A stretch of 64,000 nt of DNA from Rhynchopus sp. YZ270_cl-10 (Eukaryota), in assembly GCA_964035575.1 (NCBI GenBank), contig OZ037842.1, positions 62,001-126,000 of the forward strand, in the 5' to 3' direction. The notes beneath the pieces are model-generated. The model searched no databases. It was not told the origin of the DNA and saw nothing but the letters and a program-made list of their open reading frames with translations. Both the position numbers and the translations under genes were made by a program. Shown one piece after another: positions 33,390 to 44,908 of the stretch (position 1 is the first letter of the stretch; every line of letters starts with the position of its first letter).

Positions 33390-34577
33390 GGGGATACGAC
33401 TCCAGCCATTTTGGCTGGGACCAAACGCACGGAAAATTCATTTGGCATTATCTGGCCATCTCCAAGGCAACTGCGGGTGAAAAACACCCTCAGAGTGGGT
33501 CACAGGGGGCCTGTGGGTCGAAAAACGACCCAGAAGCCACCCCAGAATACAAAAAAATGGAAAAAAATAGTGAAAAAACGGCTTTTTTCACGTTTTGGCC
33601 ACTTTGGGCAAAATAGCGATTTTTCGAGAAAAAAATCAAAAACCGGGATATTTTTTGACATCACAAAGCCTCCTTTGGCACAAATATACCCCAAAAGTGG
33701 CCTGTGAGTCCATTCCAACCTGTTTTGGACATATTTGACACTTTTGGAAGTGTTTTTTTGGTGTTTTTAGGTCAAAAAAATGCCCAAGACGTCCCCAAGA
33801 CATCCCCAAGACACTTTGCACACCCCCTGTTACGGTCATATTTTTTTCGTTTTTTTGCCTGAAACCCCCAAAATACCCCTCCCGGACCCCACATAGTCCC
33901 GAATATCCATCACACACCCACTCAGAGTGAGTAGAAGCACCCCAAAAAAAATATTTTTTAAAGCCCTAAAATTGTGCTTCAGTTTCGGCAGCATCCATGT
34001 TGAAGTTGAAGGGCTTTAAAAAATATTTTTTTTGGGGTGCTTCTACTCACTCTGAGTGGGTGTGTGATGGATATTCGGGACTATGTGGGGTCCGGGAGGG
34101 GTATTTTGGGGGTTTCAGGCAAAAAAACGAAAAAAATATGACCGTAACAGGGGGTGTGCAAAGTGTCTTGGGGATGTCTTGGGGACGTCTTGGGCATTTT
34201 TTTGACCTAAAAACACCAAAAAAACACTTCCAAAAGTGTCAAATATGTCCAAAACAGGTTGGAATGGACTCACAGGCCACTTTTGGGGTATATTTGTGCC
34301 AAAGGAGGCTTTGTGATGTCAAAAAATATCCCGGTTTTTGATTTTTTTCTCGAAAAATCGCTATTTTGCCCAAAGTGGCCAAAACGTGAAAAAAGCCGTT
34401 TTTTCACTATTTTTTTCCATTTTTTTGTATTCTGGGGTGGCTTCTGGGTCGTTTTTCGACCCACAGGCCCCCTGTGACCCACTCTGAGGGTGTTTTTCAC
34501 CCGCAGTTGCCTTGGAGATGACCAGATAATGCCAAATGAATTTTCCGTGCGCAAAAAATGGCTGGAGTCGTACCCCC
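33390..34577. mobile_element. Foldback element with ~570-bp near-perfect inverted arms and a 42-bp spacer, flanked by TA
   Basis: 33390-33967 is the reverse complement of 34010-34577. The ORF track shows identical spurious peptides on opposite strands. Confidence 0.9.
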
Positions 34578-34820
34578 TAGGCATAGTGTGCAGACGAACA
34601 AAATGTTCGTCGATGTTCGTCGTGGGGGGGAAAAAAAAAATTGTTCGTCGATGTTCGTCGTTGTTCGTCGATGTTCGTCGTTGTTCGTCGTGGGTTGCCC
34701 TTGTGGCAGGGACCTGTTCGTCGATGTTCGTCGATGTTCGTCGACGAACATCGACGAACAAAACCGACGAACATTTTGTTCGTCGACGAACCAAAAATGT
34801 TCGTCTGCACACTATGCCTA
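34578..34820. mobile_element. Palindromic MITE with TAGGC termini, built from TGTTCGTCGA units
   Basis: TIR taggcatagtgtgcagacgaaca / tgttcgtctgcacactatgccta. The composite with the previous element is flanked by G-runs on both sides. Confidence 0.85.
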
Positions 34821-35584
34821 GGGGGGGGGGGGGGGGTAATTTTCTGTACTATTTGTTTGGCGATGCCGCACAACGTAGACGCAGTGAGTGTTACTCTCTC
34901 TTGTCGTCCCTCTCTTTGCATCAAGGCTTATTTCTGTGAACAGCTTGCTCCACGGCTTTGCTTGAAAGATGTTTTTGAGACATCCTGAAAATATACAACT
35001 GAATGTACAACCCTGGCTGGAACTGGCTGACCGAACACCTTACAAAATAAATACCATTGGCCCAAAGATGACAATAAGCGACGTATTCAAGAGAGTTTAC
35101 GTAGGTAGGACAGGGATTGTGGTTTGAACAATGAGGATTTTCGATTGGGGTTTGATTCGTTAGTCCGAAAGGATGCAATATAATGTGTTTGGTGCATTAA
35201 AAAGAGGGGTGTGGTACGGTGGATTTTTGTAGGAATTGCAAAACAAATTGCTTGGGGGAAAGGGAGAAAGGGGGAGGGAGGGAGGAAGGGTGGAAAAAAA
35301 AAAAAAGAAAAGTTTATAGGATGATACTAAGCCTCTCGTGCTTAGTCACCTAAAAAAAGTTGAGAAAGATGAACTCGAGCCTTTTCTCTCGTGCGTGAGG
35401 TCATCTTGAACATAACTAGGGGATGTTTTGCATGAGGGCGGGAGATATTTTTTGGGACTAAAAAAAAAAGTTGACTTGAAATACAAAGCCCTCTCGTGAC
35501 AGTGTACCAAAAAAAAAAAAAAAAAAACTGTAGTTGTTGATGCAGGCACCTCCGACTGACCCACGTACGATGCCAGCGATGAAA

Positions 35585-36133
35585 CAGGGAAATAGCTCCA
35601 TATACCGAATTATGCGACATCGCATAATTCTGGATTTTTGGGGAAAAAAAAAAAAAAAGGGGGGAGGGATTTTTGGGCACTTTTGGGGGCCCCCTCGCCC
35701 GACCCCCAGATCTCCCAAATGACTGGAATGATGGAATCTTAAAATTTTCGCTCGCTGCGCTTGCAGAGGTACCGTACCCCTTATTTTTTTTTTTTGCCTG
35801 CGGCGCCATTTTCCTTTTTTGCTCCGCAAAAAGGGGTTTGTTGAGTGACTGTGTGGTTGTAAACCAGCATTTTTACACCGTACCCTATTTTTTTTTCGCC
35901 TGCGGCGCCATTTATTTTTTTCCCATACGGTTAGTGGAACGTAAGGTGCAAGACCAAACTCCGTAATAAGGGATTACATTCCGTTTTTTTTGTTATCTCG
36001 CAATTTGACCTTTCGCCTCTCCACTCAGGGAGGCTTGCGCGAAGCGCGCAACGACCGCTTTCGACCGGGCGAAAAAAAAAATTTTGTTTTCGCATAATTC
36101 CTGATTTTGGAGGAAAACCAAGCTATTTCCCTG
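35585..36133. mobile_element. TIR element with CAGGG termini and 7-bp TSD GATGAAA (P/hAT-like)
   Basis: TIR cagggaaatagct / agctatttccctg, inner IR gaattatgcga / tcgcataattc, gatgaaa on both flanks. It splits a copy of the dispersed hairpin repeat. Confidence 0.8.
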
Positions 36134-38111
36134 GATGAAAGCACAAAAAAAAAAAAAAAAAAAGATCGGGTCTTTTGTTTGTGCGCTCAAAGCCGGGAAA
36201 ACAAAAAGGTGAAAAAATGTGTTAAACTGAAGTACGGTTGTTGTGGTTAATTGAGTACTCAAAGAAAACAAGCAAGCTTCTGTTTTTTTCAATCCGTTTT
36301 GTTTGCCCTGCAGCGCTGCCTCCAATCTTTTTAGAATTGACAACAAGTTGTTTTATCAAAAAAAAAAAAATGAAGGTGAAGCTAAGCCTGTGCTACAGTC
36401 ACCTCAAAACATGGAGTGAAAAAAAGGTTGCTAAGAGGGGTCTAAGCTTTTGCTGCTTGGTCACCTTTAAAAAAAAAATGTTCTGTTTGAAAAAAAGGGG
36501 CGCACAAAATGTTTTCTGCAATTTTAACAAAAAACGTTTGAAAATATTTTGAATTTTTTTAGAAAACTGTATGAGCAGTGTCTCTTTCACGGATCTTCTT
36601 TCGATATATTCAAGTCGAAAATGCCACGTGTGACGCATCGGGGATATGGAACAAACCTGTAAACTCTGATTTGAGGGTTTACGGGTGTGGCGTGCATATG
36701 CACAAATTGTCAGTGCTGTGATATATTCGACAGATATCTCGGTGTATATTTTTTTGATTGTGTCCGCATTTGTGCTGCGAGTGTTATTGCCGCAGTACCA
36801 AAGAGATTCGCTTATAAAGCTAAGGTGCAATAGATAGGAGGCCAGAGGGGATTTCCATCGTTACGCAATTTGCGCAAGTTAAGAAATAATGAAGAAAAAA
36901 TAAATCAAAAATCAACGAAGAACACGATTCTCCAGCAACAACAAAAGAAAAAGAAAAAGAAAAAAATAAAATTTTACGATGAATGTGACTCTCATCTAAT
37001 AAAAACCAAAAATGATGTAGTAGGATCGGTAGGGAAGTAAAGTTGTTTTCGTTGATTGCACAATCCTCCTGTTTGAGGGATGATTGGCGAACCGTACCGG
37101 TACTATTTTCTCCTGTGAAGCAAGCTTCGTAGGAATAAAAAAAAAATAGAAAAAAAAAATGACTGAAAAAGAAAGAAAAATTTATAAGATGAACCTAAAC
37201 CTCTCGTGCTTAGTCACCTATATATGACGCAACCGGAGAGGATGCGCAAAAAAAATATTTATTGAGTTTTTCTGCTGTCCGCACACAACGTGCACACAGG
37301 GGTCAACAGAAAAGAACAGGAGTGTTGCGTGGGGTTACCAACGGACACACACCTTCTACTTTATCGAAACCCCAAAAAAAAAAAGAGAGCTCCGAAAGAG
37401 GAACGTGCCTCAAGCACACTCATCAAAAGAACAGGCACGATGAACCTCCGTTCATCACCCTACAAAACAGGAAGCTGCGTGACACTCTAAGAAAAACTCC
37501 AACAAATATGGGTGCAAATGGCCTCACGGGCACATTCGAAAAAAGGGGGAGTGCAAAACGCATCTAGGTGTTTGTACACCTGTAAAAAGGGCGTTTTGTT
37601 TTGTATTGACAGAGAACAGGAAGAAAACTTTGTAGGGATGCAGCTAAGCCTCACGTGCTTGGTCACGTTACAAAGAGACGTTAAAAACGCAAGGACAACA
37701 ACAACAGGGAGGTATGCTATATGATGAGGTGGCAAGGCGCTGCCCGACGAGAAGAAAACGCTGGTTTTATCCACTGTTATTCACACAGGGTTTCCGTATT
37801 TTTTTTTTTCTTGAAAAAAAAATTTTTTATCCGACCCTGTGAAAGAAAGCAACACAGCTAACACAACCCGCCTCTGGGCGCAAATCGCCTACGAAAATAA
37901 AAATAAGATCACAAAGAGTCCAAAAAATCAAGCGTTTTCTTTGTTTAGGTTCAGTAAAAAAAAACGTTTAGTTTGTTTCTCTCGGAAATTATCGTTTTTT
38001 TCTTCTTTTTATTCGGCCTCATCTATTTTTCACTTTTGTTCAGTTCTTAAAATTGATAATCTTAGTAGTCACGCTTACCACCCTCGGACCCTGACCTACT
38101 TGCCCACCTTT

Positions 38112-39146
38112 CTATACGACCTGCAACGACATCATACCCGGTGGGGGTGTACGAGGTGCACCAACACCACCACGGTTCAAGGGGCGGAAGGGAGACGCTG
38201 TGTTTTGTTCAGGCATTGGCGCGCTCTCGTACCTGGGTGTTGGTCTGTCTGCGTAGTAGTTCTCCACTGACTCAACAGCTTCTGCATCAGCCTTGAGTAC
38301 CTCTGCAAACATCTCGTAGCTAGCCGCGCTTCTGCTCTTGATAATGAAGAGGACAGCACCAACCACAAGCAACACAAACACCACAGCACCAACAACAATG
38401 CCCGCCAAGGCACCTCCAGACAGCCCGTCATCATCCTCCTCGTCTGCCGCGCCTGCAGCCTCCACCGAACACTGCTCCACAGAAAAGTCGTTCCGCAAAA
38501 GCACAGCCTCGCTATGCCCTGTCCACGTGTCCAGCGCAGTGCCCTCTCCTGTCGCGTATGCAACGTCCCAAGACCCAGAGCCCAGCGAATATGAGTTGTC
38601 TGCAACGTCAAATGGTCGGATGTACTCGAAGGTGCGTTTCCCGTTCACAGTTTTCAAGGTGAGAAGGAACATCTGCTGGGTGGGGGCTGCAGAGGGCATG
38701 GTGTTTCCTGTTGCAATGGATGTCTGGTAGGCAGTCGTGGTGGTCGTGTCGGAGGCGACAATCTCGAGGCCGGTCATCATGCCTTCAGGGACGACGCCGG
38801 CGGGGCGGAGACCGACTGCAGCCCAGCGTGGCGTGGTGGCGTCCATTTCTATGCGGATCATGAGGGCTGCCTCACCACTCGCAGTCAGATCACTGCTTGG
38901 GGAGTAGCGTCCCACCTGGTAGGACACTTCGATGTACGTCGTGTTGAACAGGGTTGCAGTGGTCGTGGTGTCGCACGGCGCAAAGAAGTGGTTCGAAGGG
39001 AGGCCCTCAGTCTCGTTCGCTGTAGAAAGCACGAAACCGTCGTCACGGTAGGTATCGTAGCTGTGTACATGTGTATCGTGTTCTTGTGCTGTGCACACAG
39101 CGCAGAGTGCGAAAAGCAGAACCGCCAACATGAGTCCTGACGCCAT
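38112..39146 (-). CDS. Single DOMON-like domain type I membrane protein (344 aa)
   Basis: Start reassigned to MASGLMLAVLL (signal peptide, matches the paralog at 48292). Motifs WAAVGL, EGMMTGLEIV, FEYIRPF and WTGHS; TM LSGGALAGIVVGAVVFVLLVVGAVLFII. Confidence 0.9.
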   Translation of the reverse strand: MASGLMLAVLLFALCAVCTAQEHDTHVHSYDTYRDDGFVLSTANETEGLPSNHFFAPCDTTTTATLFNTTYIEVSYQVGRYSPSSDLTASGEAALMIRIEMDATTPRWAAVGLRPAGVVPEGMMTGLEIVASDTTTTTAYQTSIATGNTMPSAAPTQQMFLLTLKTVNGKRTFEYIRPFDVADNSYSLGSGSWDVAYATGEGTALDTWTGHSEAVLLRNDFSVEQCSVEAAGAADEEDDDGLSGGALAGIVVGAVVFVLLVVGAVLFIIKSRSAASYEMFAEVLKADAEAVESVENYYADRPTPRYESAPMPEQNTASPFRPLNRGGVGAPRTPPPGMMSLQVV

Positions 39147-41098
39147 GTGGGGATTTGGTTGAGAAAGGAAGGTGCGGGGAAAGGGGGGAACCTGGTGTTG
39201 GGTGATATAATGCAGGAAAGTGATGCAGCTCTTCTGGACGTCAGTAAGGACGTACCGCTCGGTAGGGTTCTGTGCAGTGCAGTGCAGTGCAGTGCACTGT
39301 TTTTGCAGCACTTTTTTCGTTATTGTATCGACAATCACTCGAGGTAGGTACACAGCATCGCCTGAAGGCTGTTGTACTTAAAGACTTAGACGCAGAGTCC
39401 TGAACTCTTTTTTTTGAAGGAGAAAACTTTCGACAACAAAGCCAAAACTTGAAAGATAAAAGGTTGATGCAAAGACTATCTTTAGCGATAAGGTAACCGG
39501 ATGCAAAATATAGGGTTCGAAACACGAACCTAAACCCTGAAGTACTTAGACACTTAAACAACCCCCGTTAACAACCCCCATTAAGATCAATGGGAAGCAC
39601 AGCAACTTTTTATCCTATTTCTTCAGTGACTACGTGGCTAAGCTCACATTGTTAGTCACCTTGATCACATTCAGAAAAGGTACCAAATACATTGTGTGGA
39701 AAGATGAATTCAACAACAAAGAAAGGGAGCTCTCGTTGCGTTGAGGAAAATGTGCATTCACGTGTTCACGTGTTCACATGCACATCTGAGCAACAAAGCA
39801 TTGTGCTATGAGAGGGCCCCGAACCAGGTCAGCACCCTTGCTCAATACTGTTAGGTGTTCGACCCGTCGTCCGATTCGCTCTCAGCAACTTTACACTTTG
39901 TGCGTTTCTCCTTTTTTTTTTTTTTTTTTTTTTGTCATGCAAATAAAAGTAAAACAAAGGAAAAGTGCAAACGTCTCACCGTACACCGGCGGTGTGCACA
40001 GGCACTGCTAACAAAAGACACAGGTTAATTTAAGACAGTGATTTACAAAAACACAAAAATAGCGGGCACTCGTCACGTGCCCTGATTGATCTTCTCAGTA
40101 ACTAGCGAATGTTGCCTGAGTATAAAGGGGGCTCTCTCGCTCTCTAACACAGTGTACCTTTGTCGATTGACCAGAGCACCAGGGGTGGACCCGTAACCAT
40201 ACTTTCCCTGTATCCATTTTCGTGGATATTATCTTGGAAGAGGAAGCTGTCTCAGTGCTTAAAAGAAAAGAGTTTCAAGCTTAACCTGAAGCACCTTGAT
40301 CACAATCGTTGGTACAGCAAAAAAGAGAGAGAGAGAGCGGACGGGGGAAGAGGGAGGGAGGGAAAGCAAAAGATGCAAAAATTTCCTGAAATTTGTGTGT
40401 TTTTCTTGTGAGTTTCCGTGCCGTCTTTCCCCTTCCATCCTTGCCGAAGCAGGTGGAGAAAAGTGAATCTACTGATATGTAGCAAAGAGGTTCAAGCCCT
40501 AATCTTATTATCAAACCATTAATCATTCTCCTAGACCTCCCAAGACGCAGCAAAGCTGCTTAGCTACTAAAAGGGAAATTTAGTAGATTTAACCTGTTTC
40601 ACAAGACACGCAAATCTTGGAGAAAATTGATGTATGAGGGGCACGTTGAAGAAGAAATAGGGCTGGTATTTAGTTCGGGGAAAGGCGGGGGAAAGGAGGG
40701 AATACAACTGGGTAACAGGGGAAAAGGGCACCAACAGGTTTTATTGGATAATACTGCAACAAGTGAGCTACCCAAGCACCTTCTGGGATCCTTCTATGCA
40801 CAATGGCTTCTTACATTCGCACAATAATCATTATTGGTTTACTTTTATTTCGATCATCTGAAAACGATTATTTCTCTTTCTAAAAAAGACGCAACTTTTT
40901 GCTGAGTCTTGGTTGGTGGATAGCACGGTTTCTTTAGTGTAGACACCCGAGGCAGGCAGGCAGGCAGGCAGGGGACACTTCCCAGGACCTCCTACACGCA
41001 AACTTCTGTTCCCTAGTACACGTAATTGTTATACGCTTTTCTCATTCGTCAGAAAGCCAAAACCCCTCTAAAGATAATCACTTTTTACAACTTCTCCA

Positions 41099-44000
41099 TC
41101 AAACGGTAAGCTGTGCACCGGACCTTCTTGGTGGTGGCATTGACTGTCCGGTGAGCTCTAGTTCGGGTGACTTGTCTTCCTGCATGGCGCTGTAGTGGTA
41201 TGAGGTCTTCTTCTTTGCGCGGAGGAGCACCACGAAGACAATACCGAGGACGACAGTAACTATGCCCGCAACGATGATGATGAGCAGCACTGAGCTGCCG
41301 CTGCCCTCCCCTGGCGGAGGTGTCCCTGCTGCGTGTGCATTGCACATCCCTGCAGCAGACCACACACACGACGGACTCTGTGCACACGACGACGTGTCAT
41401 TGTTCGTGCGGCACTTCACCTGATCCATGCTCACCTCACACTCCGTCCCCGACCACTTGCACTCCACCTGCACCGCACATTCGCCTTCGGGGAAATCTGC
41501 ACATTGTGGTACGGGTGTGTTCGTGTTCATGGAGGTTGGGCTGTTGGTAGGAAACACAGCCTGCGCCTCGTAACAACCCTGCACTGCGTGGTGTGTGCAG
41601 TACGACAGACCTGCACACGCTGTTTCAGAGGTGACGGATGTGCAGGCACGTCTGCACGACGTCTGTCCGTGGGGGGTGTGGAGGGTGCACTCCGTGCTGT
41701 TGCATCTCTCCTGTGTAAGTGTGTCGCACACACTGCGGCATGTGGCCTCCTGCATCATGCAGTTCGTTGCAGCTCTGCATTCCTGTGATGCAAGACGTTC
41801 GCATAAGCCTGTCTCGCGCGGTCCTGTCACTGTGGTGGGCGCCTCAGACGACACCCCTGTTGTGTTGGGGTACACAGGCACTGCGGTAGACATGTTCACC
41901 GCAGCGGGCGAGGTGGATGCAAGCGGTGCGTCAGTGGCAGGAACGTCGGACGTGAGCGGCAGCTCCGTCACCAATATGGGCGTGACAGTTAGAGGTGGTT
42001 GCGTGTCAGGAGCGTCAGATACGGAGCCAGGTGGCGGTGCGGTCTTTGACTTGCAGACCTGCGCATCTGTGTCCCATACACACGCATGGGAAGGTGTGTT
42101 ATCACAGTATATCTTGTCAGTCAACTCAGAGCACTCAAGATAGGTGCATACACCACCGACGGCCTTGCAGAAGCTGTTCCAGTTGCACTCAACCGCCTGC
42201 ATCGTTGGGCAGTCAGTTGGTACCTCCGAACTGCCATCGCACCAGGTGGACGTTTTGTAAGGTGGTGTCTGATAATACGACGAACATCTCCTTTTACATT
42301 TGCCATCAAATATTTCTGACACAACACACTGGTCGCTGTTTGCGTTGCACGTGTCCGCATCCATTCCACCACAGATACTGTCACAGCCAGATCCGGTTGG
42401 CTTGCAGTTGTCGTAGCTGTCACAGGGGCTCACATAACTACAGCTCATCCCTGTGACCAACCCAGGTGGAGAAGGCGTGGGCGGTGCAGGCGTCGGCGGT
42501 GGATATGTTGCAGATGCGGGCGTAAAAGGGACATCTGTTTTAGGTGCGTCTGTTGTAGGTACGTCTGTTGGGGTATGTGTTGGGAGTGCTGTCGTGGGTG
42601 GTTGAGTGGCAGGAGCGACAGATGTTGCCTTTGTCTTGCAGACCTGAGTGTCTGTGTCCCATACACACGCGTGGGAAGGTGTGTTCTCACAGTAGAACTC
42701 GTCCGTCAACTCAGAGCACTCAAGATATGTGCACGCATTGCCTTCAGTCTTACAATAGCTGTTGTAGAGGCACGTAAAAGAAGACATCGTTGGGCAGTCA
42801 GTTGGCTGCTCCAGACTGCCGTCACACCGGGTCGATAGTTTGTACACTGTCCCGTCAGTGACCGACGCACAGCTTCTCTTGCAGACACCCTCCGTTGTCA
42901 CAACACACTGGTCGCTGTTTGCCTTGCATGTGGCAGTGTCCATCCCTTTGCAGATGCTTTCACAGACAGAGCCTTGCTTGCAGTTGTCGTAGCCCACACA
43001 GCTTGTGTACGTGCACAGCCCCGTCGCAATGAGCCCAGGTGGGGAGGGTGTGCGTGGTGCGGGTGTGGGTGGTGGATACGTCTGCGGTGCATCTGTTGCA
43101 GGTACGTCTGTTGCAGGTGCGTCTGTTGGGGTGTATGTTGGGAGTGCTGTCGTGGGTGGTTGCGTGGCAGGAGCGACAGATATCGCCTTTGTCTTGCAGA
43201 CCTGAGTGTCTGTGTCCCATACACACACGTGGGAAGGTGTGTTATCACAGTATATCTTGTCAGTCAACTCAGAGCACTCAAGATAGGTGCATACACCACC
43301 GACGGCCTTGCAGAAGCTGTTCCAGTTGCACTCAACCGCCTGCATCGTTGGGCAGTCAGTTGGTACCTCCGAACTGCCATCGCACCAGGTGGACGTTTTG
43401 TAAGGTGGTGTCTGATAATACGACGAACATCTCCTTTTACATTTGCCATCAAATATTTCTGACACAACACACTGGTCGCTGTTTGCGTTGCACGTGGCCG
43501 CATCCATTCCACCACAGATACTGTCACAGCCAGATCCGGTTGGCTTGCAGTTGTCGTAGCTGTCACAGGGGCTCACATAACTACAGCTCATCCCTGTGAC
43601 CAACCCAGGTGGAGAAGGCGTGGGCGGTGCAGGCGTCGGCGGTGGATATGTTGCAGGTGCGGGCGTAAAAGGGACATCTGTTTTAGGTACGTCTGTTGTA
43701 GGTACGTCTGTTGGGGTATGTGTTGGGAGTGCTGTCGTGGGTGGTTGAGTGGCAGGAGCGACAGATATCGCCTTTGTCTTGCAGACCTGAGTGTCTGTGT
43801 CCCATACACACGCATGGGAAGGTGTGTTATCACAGTATATCTTGTCAGTCAACTCAGAGCACTCAAGATAGGTGCATACACCACCGACGGCCTTGCAGAA
43901 GCTGTTCCAGTTGCACTCAACCGCCTGCATCGTTGGGCAGTCAGTTGGTACCTCCGAACTGCCATCGCACCAGGTGGACGTTTTGTAAGGTGGTGTCTGA

Positions 44001-44908
44001 TAATACGACGAACATCTCCTTTTACATTTGCCATCAAATATTTCTGACACAACACACTGGTCGCTGTTTGCGTTGCACGTGTCCGCATCCATTCCACCAC
44101 AGATACTGTCACAGCCAGATCCGGTTGGCTTGCAGTTGTCGTAGCTGTCACAGGGGCTCACATAACTACAGCTCATCCCTGTGACCAACCCAGGTGGAGA
44201 AGGCGTGGGCGGTGCAGGCGTCGGCGGTGGATATGTTGCAGGTGTGGGCGTAAAAGGGACATCTGTTGTAGGTACGTCTGTTGGGGTGTATGTTGGGAGT
44301 GCTGTCGTGGGTGGTTGCGTGGCAGGAGCGACAGATATCGCCTTTGTCTTGCAGACCTGAGTGTCTGTGTCCCATACACACGCGTGGGAAGGTGTGTTCT
44401 CACAGTAGAACTCGTCCGTCAACTCAGAGCACTCAAGATATGTGCACGCATTGCCTTCAGTCTTACAATAGCTGTTGTAGAGGCACGTAAAAGAAGACAT
44501 CGTTGGGCAGTCAGTTGGCTGCTCCAGACTGCCGTCACACCGGGTCGATAGTTTGTACACTGTCCCGTCAGTGACCGACGCACAGCTTCTCTTGCAGACA
44601 CCCTCCGTTGTCACAACACACTGGTCGCTGTTTGCCTTGCATGTGGCAGTGTCCATCCCTTTGCAGATGCTTTCACAGACAGAGCCTTGCTTGCAGTTGT
44701 CGTAGCCCACACAGCTTGTGTACGTGCACAGCCCCGTCGCAATGAGCCCAGGTGGGGAGGGTGTGCGTGGTGCGGGTGTGGGTGGTGGATACGTCTGCGG
44801 TGCATCTGTTGCAGGTACGGGTGTACTTGTCGCTGTTGAAGGTGCAAGAAGACTGAGAGCGAACGCCACTGTGAATAGAACTGTTGATTGAAACATAATG
44901 TCGGGCAT
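41099..44908 (-). CDS. Cys-rich repeat type I membrane (surface antigen-like) protein, 1269 aa
   Basis: Signal peptide; five ~190-aa units (Cys-rich domain plus PT linker) in the order A-B-B-A-B; a further Cys-rich region with CxW motifs; TM VLLIIIVAGIVTVVLGIVFVVLL; short tail. Confidence 0.9.
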   Translation of the reverse strand: MPDIMFQSTVLFTVAFALSLLAPSTATSTPVPATDAPQTYPPPTPAPRTPSPPGLIATGLCTYTSCVGYDNCKQGSVCESICKGMDTATCKANSDQCVVTTEGVCKRSCASVTDGTVYKLSTRCDGSLEQPTDCPTMSSFTCLYNSYCKTEGNACTYLECSELTDEFYCENTPSHACVWDTDTQVCKTKAISVAPATQPPTTALPTYTPTDVPTTDVPFTPTPATYPPPTPAPPTPSPPGLVTGMSCSYVSPCDSYDNCKPTGSGCDSICGGMDADTCNANSDQCVVSEIFDGKCKRRCSSYYQTPPYKTSTWCDGSSEVPTDCPTMQAVECNWNSFCKAVGGVCTYLECSELTDKIYCDNTPSHACVWDTDTQVCKTKAISVAPATQPPTTALPTHTPTDVPTTDVPKTDVPFTPAPATYPPPTPAPPTPSPPGLVTGMSCSYVSPCDSYDNCKPTGSGCDSICGGMDAATCNANSDQCVVSEIFDGKCKRRCSSYYQTPPYKTSTWCDGSSEVPTDCPTMQAVECNWNSFCKAVGGVCTYLECSELTDKIYCDNTPSHVCVWDTDTQVCKTKAISVAPATQPPTTALPTYTPTDAPATDVPATDAPQTYPPPTPAPRTPSPPGLIATGLCTYTSCVGYDNCKQGSVCESICKGMDTATCKANSDQCVVTTEGVCKRSCASVTDGTVYKLSTRCDGSLEQPTDCPTMSSFTCLYNSYCKTEGNACTYLECSELTDEFYCENTPSHACVWDTDTQVCKTKATSVAPATQPPTTALPTHTPTDVPTTDAPKTDVPFTPASATYPPPTPAPPTPSPPGLVTGMSCSYVSPCDSYDNCKPTGSGCDSICGGMDADTCNANSDQCVVSEIFDGKCKRRCSSYYQTPPYKTSTWCDGSSEVPTDCPTMQAVECNWNSFCKAVGGVCTYLECSELTDKIYCDNTPSHACVWDTDAQVCKSKTAPPPGSVSDAPDTQPPLTVTPILVTELPLTSDVPATDAPLASTSPAAVNMSTAVPVYPNTTGVSSEAPTTVTGPRETGLCERLASQECRAATNCMMQEATCRSVCDTLTQERCNSTECTLHTPHGQTSCRRACTSVTSETACAGLSYCTHHAVQGCYEAQAVFPTNSPTSMNTNTPVPQCADFPEGECAVQVECKWSGTECEVSMDQVKCRTNNDTSSCAQSPSCVWSAAGMCNAHAAGTPPPGEGSGSSVLLIIIVAGIVTVVLGIVFVVLLRAKKKTSYHYSAMQEDKSPELELTGQSMPPPRRSGAQLTV

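Noticed and set aside
33500..34988. Pairs of identical ORFs on opposite strands
   Set aside because: A by-product of the long palindromes.
39147..39353. Upstream extension of the 413-aa ORF
   Set aside because: It runs through a (TGCAG)n microsatellite. The signal peptide and the paralog place the start at 39146.
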